A stretch of 64,000 nucleotides of DNA from Candidatus Avitreponema avistercoris (GCA_017694555.1 JADIMS010000011.1:4880-68879), one strand, 5' to 3'; positions 26,143 through 36,528 are shown, numbered from the stretch's first letter. The notes: generated by a model not told the origin, from the letters alone. Made by a program: numbers and translations.

Positions 26143-27267
26143 ATGGAAAGCATAGGAAAAAAATTGCAGGAAGCGCGCATGGCGCGCGGGTTGGATCTGG
26201 ATCAGATTTCCCTGGAAACCAATATCGCCCGCCGCTACCTTGAGGATTTGGAAAACGAAAAATTCGACGATTTTCCGGGGGAATCCTACCTGATCGGGTT
26301 TTTGCGCAATTACTGCGAATATCTGGATTTGGACGGTAATGAATTGGTAAATCTGTACCGCAACCAGAAAATCCAGGAAATCAATGTGCCGGCTTCGGCG
26401 CTTATTCCGCCCCGCCCGCTGTTTGAGCGGCTGTTCGGGCAAAATGCCGGCAGGGTTAAGGTTGCGCTGCTGGTTCTTCTGCTGCTGGCTGCGGGAGCCG
26501 CCGGCGTGGTTTTGCTTCTTCCGCATCTGCAGGGGGCTTTTCCTGCTGCGGAAACGCCGCAGACGCCGGTGCGCGAACCGGCTGTCCATACGCTGAGCGG
26601 TACGGAATTCAAGGGCCGGGTGTTTACCGGGGATCAGATTACCGTGCCGGTTGACGGGAAGAATTATACGCTGCTCGTGGAAGAAACCGCAGGGACTGTG
26701 CGCCTGAATGCCGGCGGGACGGTCCGGGTGGTGGAACTCGGGCAGGAGCTGGTATTTGACGTTTCCGGGGACGATGTTCCCGATGTGCGGGTATTTGTTT
26801 CCGATTTGTATCCGGAAAATCCGTCCATGGGTGCGGAACTGCTGGTAGAAACCGCCCTTTCCGCTGCGGATACGGCGGAGCCGGAAGGCGGCGTTACGGT
26901 ATCGGTGCCTTCCGGGACGGCTGCGGCAGGAAACGCCGGACAGACGGTGCTGTTTGAAAGCGGTTCGGCATTTCCGGTGACCCTGAACGCCACGTTCCGC
27001 GGCTATTGCCTGTTCCGCTATGAAATTGACCGCGAGGAGCGGGACGAGCGGCTGTATCAGAAATCCGAAATTCTCACCATCCAGGCGCGGAACGGTCTGC
27101 GGATTTGGGCTTCAAACGGCAATGCGGTGAAGATTCAGGTAATTGCGGCCGGGCAGACGGTGGATTTGGAATTGAGCCGTCCCGGCGAGGTGATTGTGCG
27201 GGATCTGCGCTGGCTGCGGGATGATGCCACCGGACGCTACCGGTTTGTGCTGATGGACGTGGACTGA
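26143..27267 (+). CDS. RodZ-like protein (N-terminal XRE HTH, TM segment, C-terminal DUF4115-like domain)
   Basis: HTH GKKLQEARMARGLDLDQISLETNIARRYLEDLE, followed by FPGESYLIGFLRNYCEYL and one TM segment (VALLVLLLLAAGAAGVVLLL). Confidence 0.65.
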   Translation: MESIGKKLQEARMARGLDLDQISLETNIARRYLEDLENEKFDDFPGESYLIGFLRNYCEYLDLDGNELVNLYRNQKIQEINVPASALIPPRPLFERLFGQNAGRVKVALLVLLLLAAGAAGVVLLLPHLQGAFPAAETPQTPVREPAVHTLSGTEFKGRVFTGDQITVPVDGKNYTLLVEETAGTVRLNAGGTVRVVELGQELVFDVSGDDVPDVRVFVSDLYPENPSMGAELLVETALSAADTAEPEGGVTVSVPSGTAAAGNAGQTVLFESGSAFPVTLNATFRGYCLFRYEIDREERDERLYQKSEILTIQARNGLRIWASNGNAVKIQVIAAGQTVDLELSRPGEVIVRDLRWLRDDATGRYRFVLMDVD

Positions 27268-28710
27268 ATGCGCTTTTTTCTGGATCCGCATGGCTGTGCA
27301 AAGAATCAGGTTGACGCCGAACTTCTGCACGGGATTCTGCTTTCCCAGGGATGGGAGGAAACGGCGCATCCGGAAGAAGCGGATCTGGTTCTGGTGAATT
27401 CGTGCGCTTTTATTGAAGAGGCGAAAACAGAATCCATAGAAGCCGTGCTTGCAGCGCGCGCATCTTGTCCCGGCGCAAAAATCCTGCTGACCGGTTGTTT
27501 GTCGCAGCGGTATGGCGCCGCCCTGCGGGAACTTTTGCCGGAAGCGGACGGTTTTTTCGGCAACGGCGATCTTTCCCGGCTGCCGGAGGTTTTGGCGGCG
27601 CTGTTTTCTGCGGACGCCCGGAAAACCGGCAGCGCGCCGGTACTGGTTCCGCCGCAGGAAGGCGTTTGCTGCGGCGCGCGTCCCAAGCGGTTTTCGTTTC
27701 CGCGGTCCGCTTACGTCAAACTGACGGAAGGCTGTTCCAATTTTTGTTCATTTTGTGCCATTCCGGTTATCCGCGGACCGCTCCGCAGCCGCACGCCGGA
27801 AGCCGTGGCCGCGGAATGTGCGGCGCTGGTTGCGGAAGGCGTTTTCGAGCTGAATCTTGTGGGGCAGGATCTTGCCGCTTTCGGTACCGAAACGCTGGAA
27901 GTGAAACCCTGGGAAAACGGTTTTACCGGCGTTTCCCCGCTGTGCGGCCTGCTGACCCGGCTTGCGGCCCTGCCCGGTGATTTCCGGATCCGCCTGCTGT
28001 ACCTGCATCCGGACCATTTTCCGCTGGATATTCTGCCGGTTATGGCGGCGGACCGCCGTTTTCTGCCGTATTTTGATTTACCTTTTCAAAGCGGCGATGA
28101 AGATTTGCTGCGGAAAATGAACCGGAAGGGAAACGCCGCCCGCTATTCTGCGCTGCTGGACTCCATCCGCCGCGCATTTTCTTCCGGCCCGTACGGACAG
28201 GCGGCTGTCCGCACGACATTCATCACCGGGTTTCCCGGCGAAACGGACGGGGCGTTTGCGCATACGCAGGCTTTTTTGTCGGAGTCGCGGTTTTTGTGGG
28301 CCGGGGTGTTTTGTTATTCGCGGGAAGAAGATACGGCGGCTTTTCCGATGAAGCCGGCTGTACCGAAAAAAAAAGCGGCAGAACGGCGGGAACAGCTGCT
28401 CCGGATACAGGAAGACATCACCGCGCAGGAACTGGCCCGCTTTATCGGGCAGGAAATTACGGTTCTGGTGGAAGAACCGATTCCGCCTGCGGAAGATGAA
28501 GACGGCGGCGGTCCCCGTCTGGCGATCGGCCGCGCGTGGTTTCAGGCGCCGGAAGTGGACGGCTCTGTGGTGCTGTGCGATGAACCGGATTCTGCGGATG
28601 CAGCCGGAATTCCGCTGGAACCCGGCTCTGTTGTCCGGGCAAAAGTCCTGCGGGTTTGCGGCGCGGACCTGGAAGCGGCTGTCCTGCATCCGCGCGGGGA
28701 AAACTGCTGA
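27268..28710 (+). CDS. rimO: radical-SAM methylthiotransferase, RimO/MiaB family (probably ribosomal protein S12 methylthiotransferase)
   Basis: UPF0004 N-domain (GCAKNQVDAE), radical-SAM CSNFCSFCAIP, and a C-terminal TRAM-like region. Confidence 0.7.
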   Translation: MRFFLDPHGCAKNQVDAELLHGILLSQGWEETAHPEEADLVLVNSCAFIEEAKTESIEAVLAARASCPGAKILLTGCLSQRYGAALRELLPEADGFFGNGDLSRLPEVLAALFSADARKTGSAPVLVPPQEGVCCGARPKRFSFPRSAYVKLTEGCSNFCSFCAIPVIRGPLRSRTPEAVAAECAALVAEGVFELNLVGQDLAAFGTETLEVKPWENGFTGVSPLCGLLTRLAALPGDFRIRLLYLHPDHFPLDILPVMAADRRFLPYFDLPFQSGDEDLLRKMNRKGNAARYSALLDSIRRAFSSGPYGQAAVRTTFITGFPGETDGAFAHTQAFLSESRFLWAGVFCYSREEDTAAFPMKPAVPKKKAAERREQLLRIQEDITAQELARFIGQEITVLVEEPIPPAEDEDGGGPRLAIGRAWFQAPEVDGSVVLCDEPDSADAAGIPLEPGSVVRAKVLRVCGADLEAAVLHPRGENC

Positions 28711-31001
28711 TGTCGCCGGACGGGGGTGCAGATTCCGGGCTGCCGGAAACGGACCGGCTGCTTGCCCCGCTCAATGCGGAACAACGGCAGGCGGTTGTGC
28801 ATGAAGGTTCTCCGCTGCTGATTCTGGCCGGCGCCGGATCGGGAAAAACGCGCGTCATTACGACAAAAATAGCCTGGCTTATTTTGCGGAAAGGTTTGCC
28901 GCCGGAGAATATTCTGGCTGTTACCTTTACGAACAAGGCGGCGCGGGAAATGGCGGAAAGGGCTTCCGGACTGACGCCTCTTGCCGGCCGCGCAATGATG
29001 AAAACGTTTCATTCTTTTGGCGCATGGTTTTTACGCCGGTATGCGGCGGAAGCCGGATTGCCGCCGGATTTCAGCATTTATGACGATGATGATGCGGCCT
29101 CTTTGCTGCGTCAGGCGGAACCGGGCTTGTCGGCAGGGCAAATTGCGCCGGTGATGCGGAAAATCGACCGCGTGAAAAATTACGGTCTGGATGCGGAACG
29201 CGCCGCCGGGGAATTCGGCCCGGATTTTGCCGCTATTTACAGGAAATATACGCGCCGTCTCCGGGATACCGGAAATGCCGACTTCGGCGACCTGATTACG
29301 CTGCCGCTCCGCGTGCTCCGGGAGAATCCGCTGATCCGTGCGGAAATGCACCGCCGTTTCCCGGTTATTCTGGTGGACGAGTATCAGGATTCCAACGTGG
29401 CGCAGGCGGATCTCTTGCAGGCTCTGGCGGGAAGCGGCACGTATCTTTGCGTTGTAGGTGACGACGACCAGTCCATTTACCGCTTCCGGGGCGCGGAAGT
29501 ATCCAACATCCTGTCATTTGCGGAAGTATTTCCCGGTACGCAGATTATCCGGCTGGAGCAGAATTACCGTTCCACACCGGAAATCCTGCGCGCTGCGTCT
29601 GCCGTGGTGGCGCACAATACCGGACGGCTGGGCAAAACCCTGCGGCCGGCGCGCGCACCGGGGAAAAAACCGGTCCTGGCTTTTTTGTCCGACCATAAGG
29701 CAGAAGCGGAATTCTGCGCGAGTCTGATTTTGCGCGCACGGGAAGAAGGCCGTCCGTTCCGCGACTGGGCGCTTTTGTACCGGACGAACGCGCAGTCGCT
29801 CAGTTTTGAAACGGAATTCCTGCGGCAGAAAATTCCCTACCGCGTGGTCGGTTCGCTGAAATTTTACGAGCGGGAAGAAATCAAGGATTCGCTTGCGCTT
29901 CTTGCGCTGGTTCTGAATGGCCGGGACGAAGTTGCTTTCCGGCGTATTGCCAAACGGCATATGCCCGGCGCCGGGGAAAATTCCCTGAACAAAATCCGGG
30001 ACGAGTTTGTCCGCCTGCATTCCGCCGGTTCCCGTGACGGCGGCGCGGAAGCGGATTTGCTGGACGCCGCAGAACATGCGCTTCCGTCGCTTCCGACAAA
30101 AAAAGCGCGGGAATCGGTTTTGCATATCGTTACCGTTCTCCGGGACGCCCGTGCCGGCCTGGCTGCCGCGGCGGTTTCTCCGGAGACGGAAAACGGCGCG
30201 GACAATGCGGACGCTCCCGCTGCGGAGAGGCTTTCGGCTTTTGTGGACGGCATTTTGCAGGCGGGCGGCATCCGCGGGTATTATCATGACCAGGACGAAG
30301 ACGGCAGCTTTTCACGCGGAGTAAACCTGGATGAGCTGGAGAATGCCGCCGGACTTTATCCGTTTTCCCGGCAGGGGCTTGTGGAGTTTTTGGAGCACAT
30401 CCGGCTGGACCGCGAAAGCATGGACGGACGGCAGGAAGAGGCCGGCGCAGACCGGGTTACGCTGATCACGCTGCACAATACGAAGGGGCTGGAATTCCCG
30501 CGCGTAATTCTCACCGGGCTGGAGAACGGGCTTTTCCCCCGTGAAGATAAAACAGGGGAAGATCTGGAAGAAGAACGGCGGCTGATGTACGTGGGATGCA
30601 CCCGCGCGATGGACAGGCTGTATTTTACTTCCTGCGCGTACCGGATGCTGCACGGACAGGTGTTTGCCTCGCAGCCCAGCGTGTTCCTGTATGAACTTCC
30701 GCGGCAGGATTTGAAAATCCTCGGTTCGCCGCCGGAATATTTCCGGACTCCGGAAGCCGTTCCGCAGCTTGGCCCGCAGGCCGGAGGAAAAAAAGCGGCG
30801 CTTGCGGACAAGTGGAAAAAAGGGCTAATGGTCTTCCACGATGATTACGGTTATGGTATGATAATCCGCGCCGGTTTTTCCGGGAACGGTCCGGAAGAGC
30901 CGGAATATGTGATTACTGTCCGCTTTGAATCCGGCGGAGAAAAGAAATTCATGCCGGAATATCAGGCGCATTCTCTTTTGATTGTGAAGGACGGACATTG
31001 A
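28710..31001 (+). CDS. pcrA: UvrD/PcrA-type ATP-dependent DNA helicase
   Basis: LNAEQRQAVVHEGSPLLILAGAGSGKTRVIT (motifs Q and I), VDEYQDSN (motif II), and later SF1 motifs. ATG 28710 overlaps the rimO stop (TGATG). Confidence 0.85.
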   Translation: MSPDGGADSGLPETDRLLAPLNAEQRQAVVHEGSPLLILAGAGSGKTRVITTKIAWLILRKGLPPENILAVTFTNKAAREMAERASGLTPLAGRAMMKTFHSFGAWFLRRYAAEAGLPPDFSIYDDDDAASLLRQAEPGLSAGQIAPVMRKIDRVKNYGLDAERAAGEFGPDFAAIYRKYTRRLRDTGNADFGDLITLPLRVLRENPLIRAEMHRRFPVILVDEYQDSNVAQADLLQALAGSGTYLCVVGDDDQSIYRFRGAEVSNILSFAEVFPGTQIIRLEQNYRSTPEILRAASAVVAHNTGRLGKTLRPARAPGKKPVLAFLSDHKAEAEFCASLILRAREEGRPFRDWALLYRTNAQSLSFETEFLRQKIPYRVVGSLKFYEREEIKDSLALLALVLNGRDEVAFRRIAKRHMPGAGENSLNKIRDEFVRLHSAGSRDGGAEADLLDAAEHALPSLPTKKARESVLHIVTVLRDARAGLAAAAVSPETENGADNADAPAAERLSAFVDGILQAGGIRGYYHDQDEDGSFSRGVNLDELENAAGLYPFSRQGLVEFLEHIRLDRESMDGRQEEAGADRVTLITLHNTKGLEFPRVILTGLENGLFPREDKTGEDLEEERRLMYVGCTRAMDRLYFTSCAYRMLHGQVFASQPSVFLYELPRQDLKILGSPPEYFRTPEAVPQLGPQAGGKKAALADKWKKGLMVFHDDYGYGMIIRAGFSGNGPEEPEYVITVRFESGGEKKFMPEYQAHSLLIVKDGH

Positions 31002-31004
31002 ACG

Positions 31005-31316
31005 ATGGACGGAAAAAACACACAAATTGACCGCGAAACATTTGAAAATCTGTTGTATCTTTCGCGGCTTTCCCCGCAGAGTACCGATACCGAAACGCTT
31101 GCCGCGCAGGTCCGGCAAATTGTGGATTATTTCGGTATTTTGTCCCGCTTCTCCGGCGAAGGAAATCCGTACGACGCATATCCTGCAACGACGGTGGAAA
31201 ACCTGCGGGACGATACGGTGCTGTCCGGATTGGAGCAGCAGGATCTGAAGCACATGACTGCGGAATTCATGGACGGATATTTCCGGGTGCCCAAGGTTCT
31301 TGGCGGCGGCGCATAA
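31005..31316 (+). CDS. gatC: Asp/Glu-tRNA amidotransferase subunit C
   Basis: Size, position immediately upstream of gatA and gatB, and a GatC-like pattern (LSRLSP...QIVDYF). Confidence 0.8.
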   Translation: MDGKNTQIDRETFENLLYLSRLSPQSTDTETLAAQVRQIVDYFGILSRFSGEGNPYDAYPATTVENLRDDTVLSGLEQQDLKHMTAEFMDGYFRVPKVLGGGA

Positions 31317-31336
31317 AACCGGAGGGGAGAATAGGA

Positions 31337-32806
31337 ATGGATATTTGTTCTTTGTCTGCGGCGGAAATGCTGCGGCTTCTTGCCCGCGGGGAGTTGTCCA
31401 GCGTGGAAATCGTGCGGGCTTTCCGTTCTTCTTGGGAAGCGGACTGCGCGGCGGAAAAACCGTTGCAAGGCTACATTGAATGGTTCGGGGATGCGGAAGA
31501 AAAAGCCGCTGCTGCCGATGCCGCCCGCGCCTCCGGCAGCAGCGCCCCGCTTTTGGGTGTTCCGTTTGCCGTAAAAGATAACATTTCCGTGAAGGGAAAA
31601 GCGTGTACCTGCGGAAGCCGGATTTTGCAGGGCTATGTGGCGCCGTACCATGCAACCGTTACGGAACGCCTGCTGGCTGCGGGCGCCGTTCCGCTCGGCC
31701 GGACAAACATGGATGAATTTGCAATGGGATCCTCCACCGAGTATTCTTCTTACGGCCCGTCCCGCAATCCGGTAAACCGGGATTTGACGCCCGGCGGAAG
31801 TTCCGGCGGCTCTGCGGCTGTTGTTGCCGGCGGACAGGCGCCTTTTGCGCTGGGTACGGAAACCGGCGGTTCGGTCCGGCTGCCTGCATCATACTGCGGT
31901 ATTTATGGCCTGAAGCCAAGCTACGGAACGCTGAGCCGGTACGGCGTGGTTGCATTCGGTTCTTCGCTGGATCAGGTGGGGATTCTGTCCCGGTCGGCGG
32001 ATGACGCCGCGCTGGTTCTTTCCGTTATGGCGGGCAGGGACCGGCGTGACGATACCTCCGCAGCGCTGGATGTTTCCGGCATGACGGATTTGCAGCCGCT
32101 GGATCTGAAAGGCGTCCGTATCGCGCTGCCGGAAGAGTTTGTCGGCGGACAGGGAATGGATCCGCAGGTTGCCGCTGTATTCCGGAAAGCATGCGCCTGG
32201 TTTGAATCGCAGGGCGCTGTCCTTTCCGGAGTTTCCATACCGGTATTGGAAGCCGCCGTCAGCTGCTATTATGTGATTGCGCTTTCGGAAGCGGCGTCCA
32301 ATTTATCGCGTTTTGACGGCATCCGCTACGGGCTGCGCCGGGATCCTGGGGAAGGGTATGACGAACTGTACGTCAGCACCCGTTCGGAAGGCTTCGGGCC
32401 GGAAGTGAAGCGGCGCATCGTAATCGGCAATTATGTGCTGTCCACGCATTTTTCCGGCGACTGTTACAAACGGGCGATGAGCGTGCGGGCGCGGATTCAG
32501 CAGGATGTGGCGGACGTGTTTGCTTCCTGCGATCTCATTCTGGTGCCGACAAGCCCGGCTCCCGCCTTCGCGCTCGGTTCCAAAGTGGACGATCCGCTGG
32601 CGATGTATCTTTCGGATTTGTTCACCACGTTCGTGAACCTTTCCCGCGTGCCGTCCCTGTCCGTTCCGATGGGGAAAACCGCGCAGGGTCTTCCGGTCGG
32701 CGTACAGCTTTGCGGGCCGATGTTCGGGGAAGAAAAAGTTTTGCGGACGGCAAAAACATGGGAAGTTTGCGGAAAACCGGTGTTCTGCGGGGACGGGGAG
32801 GTTTGA
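31337..32806 (+). CDS. gatA: Asp/Glu-tRNA amidotransferase subunit A (amidase signature)
   Basis: Amidase signature GGSSGGSAAVVA, plus LLGVPFAVKDNI. Confidence 0.9.
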   Translation: MDICSLSAAEMLRLLARGELSSVEIVRAFRSSWEADCAAEKPLQGYIEWFGDAEEKAAAADAARASGSSAPLLGVPFAVKDNISVKGKACTCGSRILQGYVAPYHATVTERLLAAGAVPLGRTNMDEFAMGSSTEYSSYGPSRNPVNRDLTPGGSSGGSAAVVAGGQAPFALGTETGGSVRLPASYCGIYGLKPSYGTLSRYGVVAFGSSLDQVGILSRSADDAALVLSVMAGRDRRDDTSAALDVSGMTDLQPLDLKGVRIALPEEFVGGQGMDPQVAAVFRKACAWFESQGAVLSGVSIPVLEAAVSCYYVIALSEAASNLSRFDGIRYGLRRDPGEGYDELYVSTRSEGFGPEVKRRIVIGNYVLSTHFSGDCYKRAMSVRARIQQDVADVFASCDLILVPTSPAPAFALGSKVDDPLAMYLSDLFTTFVNLSRVPSLSVPMGKTAQGLPVGVQLCGPMFGEEKVLRTAKTWEVCGKPVFCGDGEV

Positions 32807-32808
32807 GC

Positions 32809-34353
32809 ATGGGCAATACGATGGCAGACGGCAAACCGGGAAAAGATCCCGCTATCCGGGATTTCGGTTTGGATTATGAAATCATGATCGGCTGCGAGAT
32901 TCACTGCGAGCTTTTGACCAAGACGAAAGCGTTTTGCGCCTGCGAAAACCGGTACGGCGGTATGCCGAATACCCGGGTGTGTCCGGTTTGCCTCGGTTTG
33001 CCCGGCGCTATGCCGGTGGTCAGCCGCGAGTATGTGGAAATGGGCGCCATTGCCGGAATGGCATTGGACTGCGAAATCAACCGCTTTACGAAATTCGACC
33101 GCAAACATTATTTTTATCCTGACCTGGTTAAAGGTTACCAAATCACGCAGTACGATATTCCGCTGTGTAAAAACGGCCGCGTAAAAATCAACACTGCGCC
33201 GCCGTCCGCCGCGCCGGTCTGGAAAGAAGTCCGGATTGAGCGGATTCATTTGGAAGAGGACGTAGGCAAGAGCCTGCATATTGAAGGGGCGCACAGCTAC
33301 ATCGATTACAACCGCTCCGGCGTTCCGCTGATCGAAATCGTTTCCCGGCCGGATATGTCGTCTCCGGAAGAAGCTTCGGCGTTTATGCAGACGCTGCGCG
33401 AAATTCTCCGCTACATCGGTGTAACGGACGGAAACCTGGAAGAAGGTTCCATGCGCTGCGACGCCAATATCAACGTGATTATCCGCGACGGCGGAAAGGA
33501 ATACCGCACGCCGATTTCGGAAATCAAAAACATGAACTCGTTCAAATGGATCCGGGACGCCTGCCGGTATGAAGCAAACCGGCAGATTGCGGAGTTTGTG
33601 GAAAAACGCGCGGCGGGAAAAGACCTGTCCTTTGATCCCGGCTATAAAAATACGATGGGATGGGACGAAGCAAAAGGCGAAACGGTGGTCCAGCGGACGA
33701 AAAATTCGTTTGTGGATTACCGCTTTGTCGTGGAACCGGATTTGAAGCCTTTTTATTTGAGCGAAGAATTCCTTGCGTCGGCAAGAAGCAAGGTCGGGGA
33801 ACGGCCGCAGGAAAAGCGCGACCGGTTTAAGGCGGAATTCGGTTTGTCCGATTTTGATGCGGCAACCCTGACTGCCGAACGCGCGCTGGCGGAATGGTTT
33901 GAAGCCGCCGCGGCAAAATCCAAAGAGCCGAAAAAAACGGCGAACTGGGTGGTTTCGGAAGTGCTGGCTGCGGTGAATGAAAAAAACACGGACACCGCCG
34001 CGGCGCTCGCTTCGCTGGCTGTTACGCCGGAATCCCTCGCCGGATTGGTGAATTGTATTTCGGACAAGACCATCACCGGGAAACAGGCAAAAGAAGTGTT
34101 TGCAGAAATGCTTGCCGGCGGGGAATCTGCCGAAGCAATTATCACGCGGAGGGGAATGAAGCGTGTCGTGGATCCCGCCGTGATTGCTTCTATTGTGGAC
34201 GAAGTGTTTGCAGAAAACCCGAAAGCCGTGGAAGATTTCCGGGGCGGAAAGACGAATGTGGAAGCCTGGCTTGTGGGGCAGGTGATGAAGAAATCCCGCG
34301 GACAGGCGGACCCGCAGGAAGCGGCAGCCCTCGTCCGCCGGAAACTCCGGTAA
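32809..34353 (+). CDS. gatB: Asp/Glu-tRNA amidotransferase subunit B
   Basis: YEIMIGCEIHCEL, PVCLGLPGAMP, and a C-terminal GatB/YqeY domain. ATG 32809 follows GGGGAGG. Confidence 0.9.
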   Translation: MGNTMADGKPGKDPAIRDFGLDYEIMIGCEIHCELLTKTKAFCACENRYGGMPNTRVCPVCLGLPGAMPVVSREYVEMGAIAGMALDCEINRFTKFDRKHYFYPDLVKGYQITQYDIPLCKNGRVKINTAPPSAAPVWKEVRIERIHLEEDVGKSLHIEGAHSYIDYNRSGVPLIEIVSRPDMSSPEEASAFMQTLREILRYIGVTDGNLEEGSMRCDANINVIIRDGGKEYRTPISEIKNMNSFKWIRDACRYEANRQIAEFVEKRAAGKDLSFDPGYKNTMGWDEAKGETVVQRTKNSFVDYRFVVEPDLKPFYLSEEFLASARSKVGERPQEKRDRFKAEFGLSDFDAATLTAERALAEWFEAAAAKSKEPKKTANWVVSEVLAAVNEKNTDTAAALASLAVTPESLAGLVNCISDKTITGKQAKEVFAEMLAGGESAEAIITRRGMKRVVDPAVIASIVDEVFAENPKAVEDFRGGKTNVEAWLVGQVMKKSRGQADPQEAAALVRRKLR

Positions 34354-34367
34354 CGGCCGGAACCGCC

Positions 34368-35195
34368 ATGCTGAATCCTGCTCAGGAGATCCGTGCCCGT
34401 TTCGGGAATGTCCGCCGCGCCCGCGGATGCTGGCTGTACACCGAAAAGAATGTCCGGCTGTTGGATTTATTTTTGGACGCCGGAGCTGCCGTTTTGGGGC
34501 GGCGTGCCGGGCGTGCAAAACTGGCGCTGAAAAATGCCTTGGACCGCGGGCTGTGCGGCGGGATGCCGGTAAGGCTGGAACAGAACTTATCCCGTGCTGC
34601 CTGCGCTTTAACGGGCACGGGAAAATCTGCCGTCTGGTTTCCCTCTCAGGCCTGTGCCGGAAACTTTTGCGCGGAGCACGGGCTGCATACGGCGGAATGG
34701 CGTCCGTGGCTGTTTGCCGGAGACACGTGGCCGTCCGGAGCCGCCTGCGGAACGGAACATCCGCCGGTGACGGTTCTGTCTGCGCCCTTTCCGTGGGGCG
34801 GCGCGCCGGATTTTTCCGGCGTTGTTGCGGTGTTCCCGGAAACCGCCGGAATTCTGCTCCCGGAATCTTCGGCTCCTCCTTGCCTGCTGGCTGCAATTAC
34901 ACGCGCGCTGGTTGAATTGCGCCGTGCGCTTCCGCTGTTCCGGGATGAAGACTTTGCGGCGCTGCTTCCCGCAAACCGGGATTTTCCGTGGGAGCGGAAA
35001 GGCGCGTGGCTGTTTCTCCGCGGCGGGGAAATACCCCAAGACCGGTACCAGTCGTTTTTCTGCCGTTGTCTTGACCGCGGTTTCCTGATTTCCCCTGACC
35101 CGGCAATTCCTTCCGTTCTGCCGCTTCCCTGCACCGTTTCTCCCCAGGAACGGAAATCCCTCAGAAGCGCGCTGTCCGGATTGCCGGACTGGTGA
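34368..35195 (+). CDS. hypothetical protein with faint class-III aminotransferase-like termini
   Basis: 275 aa, starting 15 nt after the gatB stop. The N-terminus ARGCWLYTEKNVRLLDLFLDAGAAVLG and the C-terminus FFCRCLDRGFLISPDP resemble the ends of GSA-aminomutase-type enzymes. The middle is too short for a PLP domain. Confidence 0.45.
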   Translation: MLNPAQEIRARFGNVRRARGCWLYTEKNVRLLDLFLDAGAAVLGRRAGRAKLALKNALDRGLCGGMPVRLEQNLSRAACALTGTGKSAVWFPSQACAGNFCAEHGLHTAEWRPWLFAGDTWPSGAACGTEHPPVTVLSAPFPWGGAPDFSGVVAVFPETAGILLPESSAPPCLLAAITRALVELRRALPLFRDEDFAALLPANRDFPWERKGAWLFLRGGEIPQDRYQSFFCRCLDRGFLISPDPAIPSVLPLPCTVSPQERKSLRSALSGLPDW

Positions 35196-35245
35196 TCCCG
35201 GCGCGCCTGCTTGCACACGGACCGGGTTTTGTGATAGATTCACGT

Positions 35246-35731
35246 ATGAAAATCACCATCTTTTTCGGTTCCAAATCCGACGCGCCGGTGATGAAAAAGG
35301 CCGCGTCGGTACTGAAACAATTCGGCGTGGAGTACGACGCTTTTGTCATTTCTGCGCACCGCGCCGGGGAGCTTCTGGCGGAAAAAGTCCGGGAAGCGGA
35401 AAATACCGGGACAGAGGTGTTCCTTGCCGGCGCGGGACTTTCTGCCGCGCTGCCGGGAGTGGTTGCATCCCTCACTGTCCTTCCCGTTATCGGTATTCCG
35501 CTGGATGCCGGAAAAGCCGCAGGCTTCGATTCGCTTCTTTCTGTCGTACAAATGCCGAAACAAATTCCGGTTGCCGCAGTCGGATTGGATAATGCCGAAA
35601 ACGCGGCATGGCTGGCGCTGGAAATTCTTGCGGTCAAGTATCCGGAGCTGCGGGCGCGGCTTGCGGCATTCCGGAAAGAGCTTCAGGATTCCGTGCGGGC
35701 AGAATTGAATCCCCGCATTTTGGATTCGTAA
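35246..35731 (+). CDS. purE: PurE (N5-CAIR mutase or AIR carboxylase; class not decided)
   Basis: Motifs [19 protein letters not shown] and [16 protein letters not shown]...PVIGIPL. Confidence 0.85.
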   Translation: MKITIFFGSKSDAPVMKKAASVLKQFGVEYDAFVISAHRAGELLAEKVREAENTGTEVFLAGAGLSAALPGVVASLTVLPVIGIPLDAGKAAGFDSLLSVVQMPKQIPVAAVGLDNAENAAWLALEILAVKYPELRARLAAFRKELQDSVRAELNPRILDS

Positions 35732-35787
35732 ACCATCATGCGGTTGGATTTCATTTTTATTTCAGGCGTTTTGGAAGGGGGAGACCA

Positions 35788-36528
35788 ATGGGCGGAAAAA
35801 CGGAACAGCTGGTAAAAAATTTGAAAAAAGAAAACCAGCTGTATGAAGGAAAGGCAAAAAAAGTTTTTGCAACGGACAATCCGGCTTATGTCATCATCGA
35901 TTACAAAGATGATGCGACGGCATTTAACGGAGAAAAAAAAGGACATATCGAAGACAAAGGAATTCTGAATAACAAAATTTCTTCGCGGCTTTTTGAAGTG
36001 CTGGCAAAGAAAGGCGTCAAATCCCATTATGTAGCCATGCTTTCTGACCGTGAGATGGTGTGCCGCAAAGTTTCGATTATCCCGCTGGAAGTGATTGTCC
36101 GCAATGTCGCTGCCGGCAGTTTTTCCAAACGCCTCGGCGTTCCGGAAGGAAGCGAACTGAAAACGACGGTGTTCGAGCTTTCCTATAAAGATGATGCGCT
36201 CGGGGATCCGCTGATTAACGATTACCACGCAGTTGCGCTCGGTGCTGCGGACTGGTACGACCTGCGGACGGTTTACAGGATCGCCGAAAAAGTGAACACG
36301 GTGCTGTCAAAGTTTTTCCTGGAAAAAAATATCCGGCTGATTGATTTCAAGCTGGAATTCGGGAAAGATGCCAACGGTATGATTCTGCTTGCGGATGAGA
36401 TTTCCCCGGATACCTGCCGGTTCTGGGACGCCGAAACAAATGAAAAGCTGGACAAAGACCGTTTCCGCCGTGATTTGGGAAATGTGGTGGAAGCATATAA
36501 AGAAATATACCGCCGGATTTTTCAGTAA
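35788..36528 (+). CDS. purC: SAICAR synthetase
   Basis: [13 protein letters not shown]...[15 protein letters not shown] and the C-terminal SPDTCRFWD motif. Confidence 0.9.
   Translation: MGGKTEQLVKNLKKENQLYEGKAKKVFATDNPAYVIIDYKDDATAFNGEKKGHIEDKGILNNKISSRLFEVLAKKGVKSHYVAMLSDREMVCRKVSIIPLEVIVRNVAAGSFSKRLGVPEGSELKTTVFELSYKDDALGDPLINDYHAVALGAADWYDLRTVYRIAEKVNTVLSKFFLEKNIRLIDFKLEFGKDANGMILLADEISPDTCRFWDAETNEKLDKDRFRRDLGNVVEAYKEIYRRIFQ

Noticed and set aside
34053-34367. The long listed ORF 34053-35195, which overlaps the gatB 3' end by 300 nt.
   Set aside because: The overlapping part has shadow-frame composition. A clean ATG at 34368, just after the gatB stop, gives a sensible gene boundary.
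32497-34896. A 799-aa stop-free ORF on the minus strand, antisense to gatB and the downstream gene.
   Set aside because: It lies exactly opposite well-supported genes. Its product is Arg/Phe/Gly/Pro-rich low-complexity sequence typical of the antisense frame of biased, GC-rich coding DNA. It has no SD and no motifs. I treat it as a shadow ORF.
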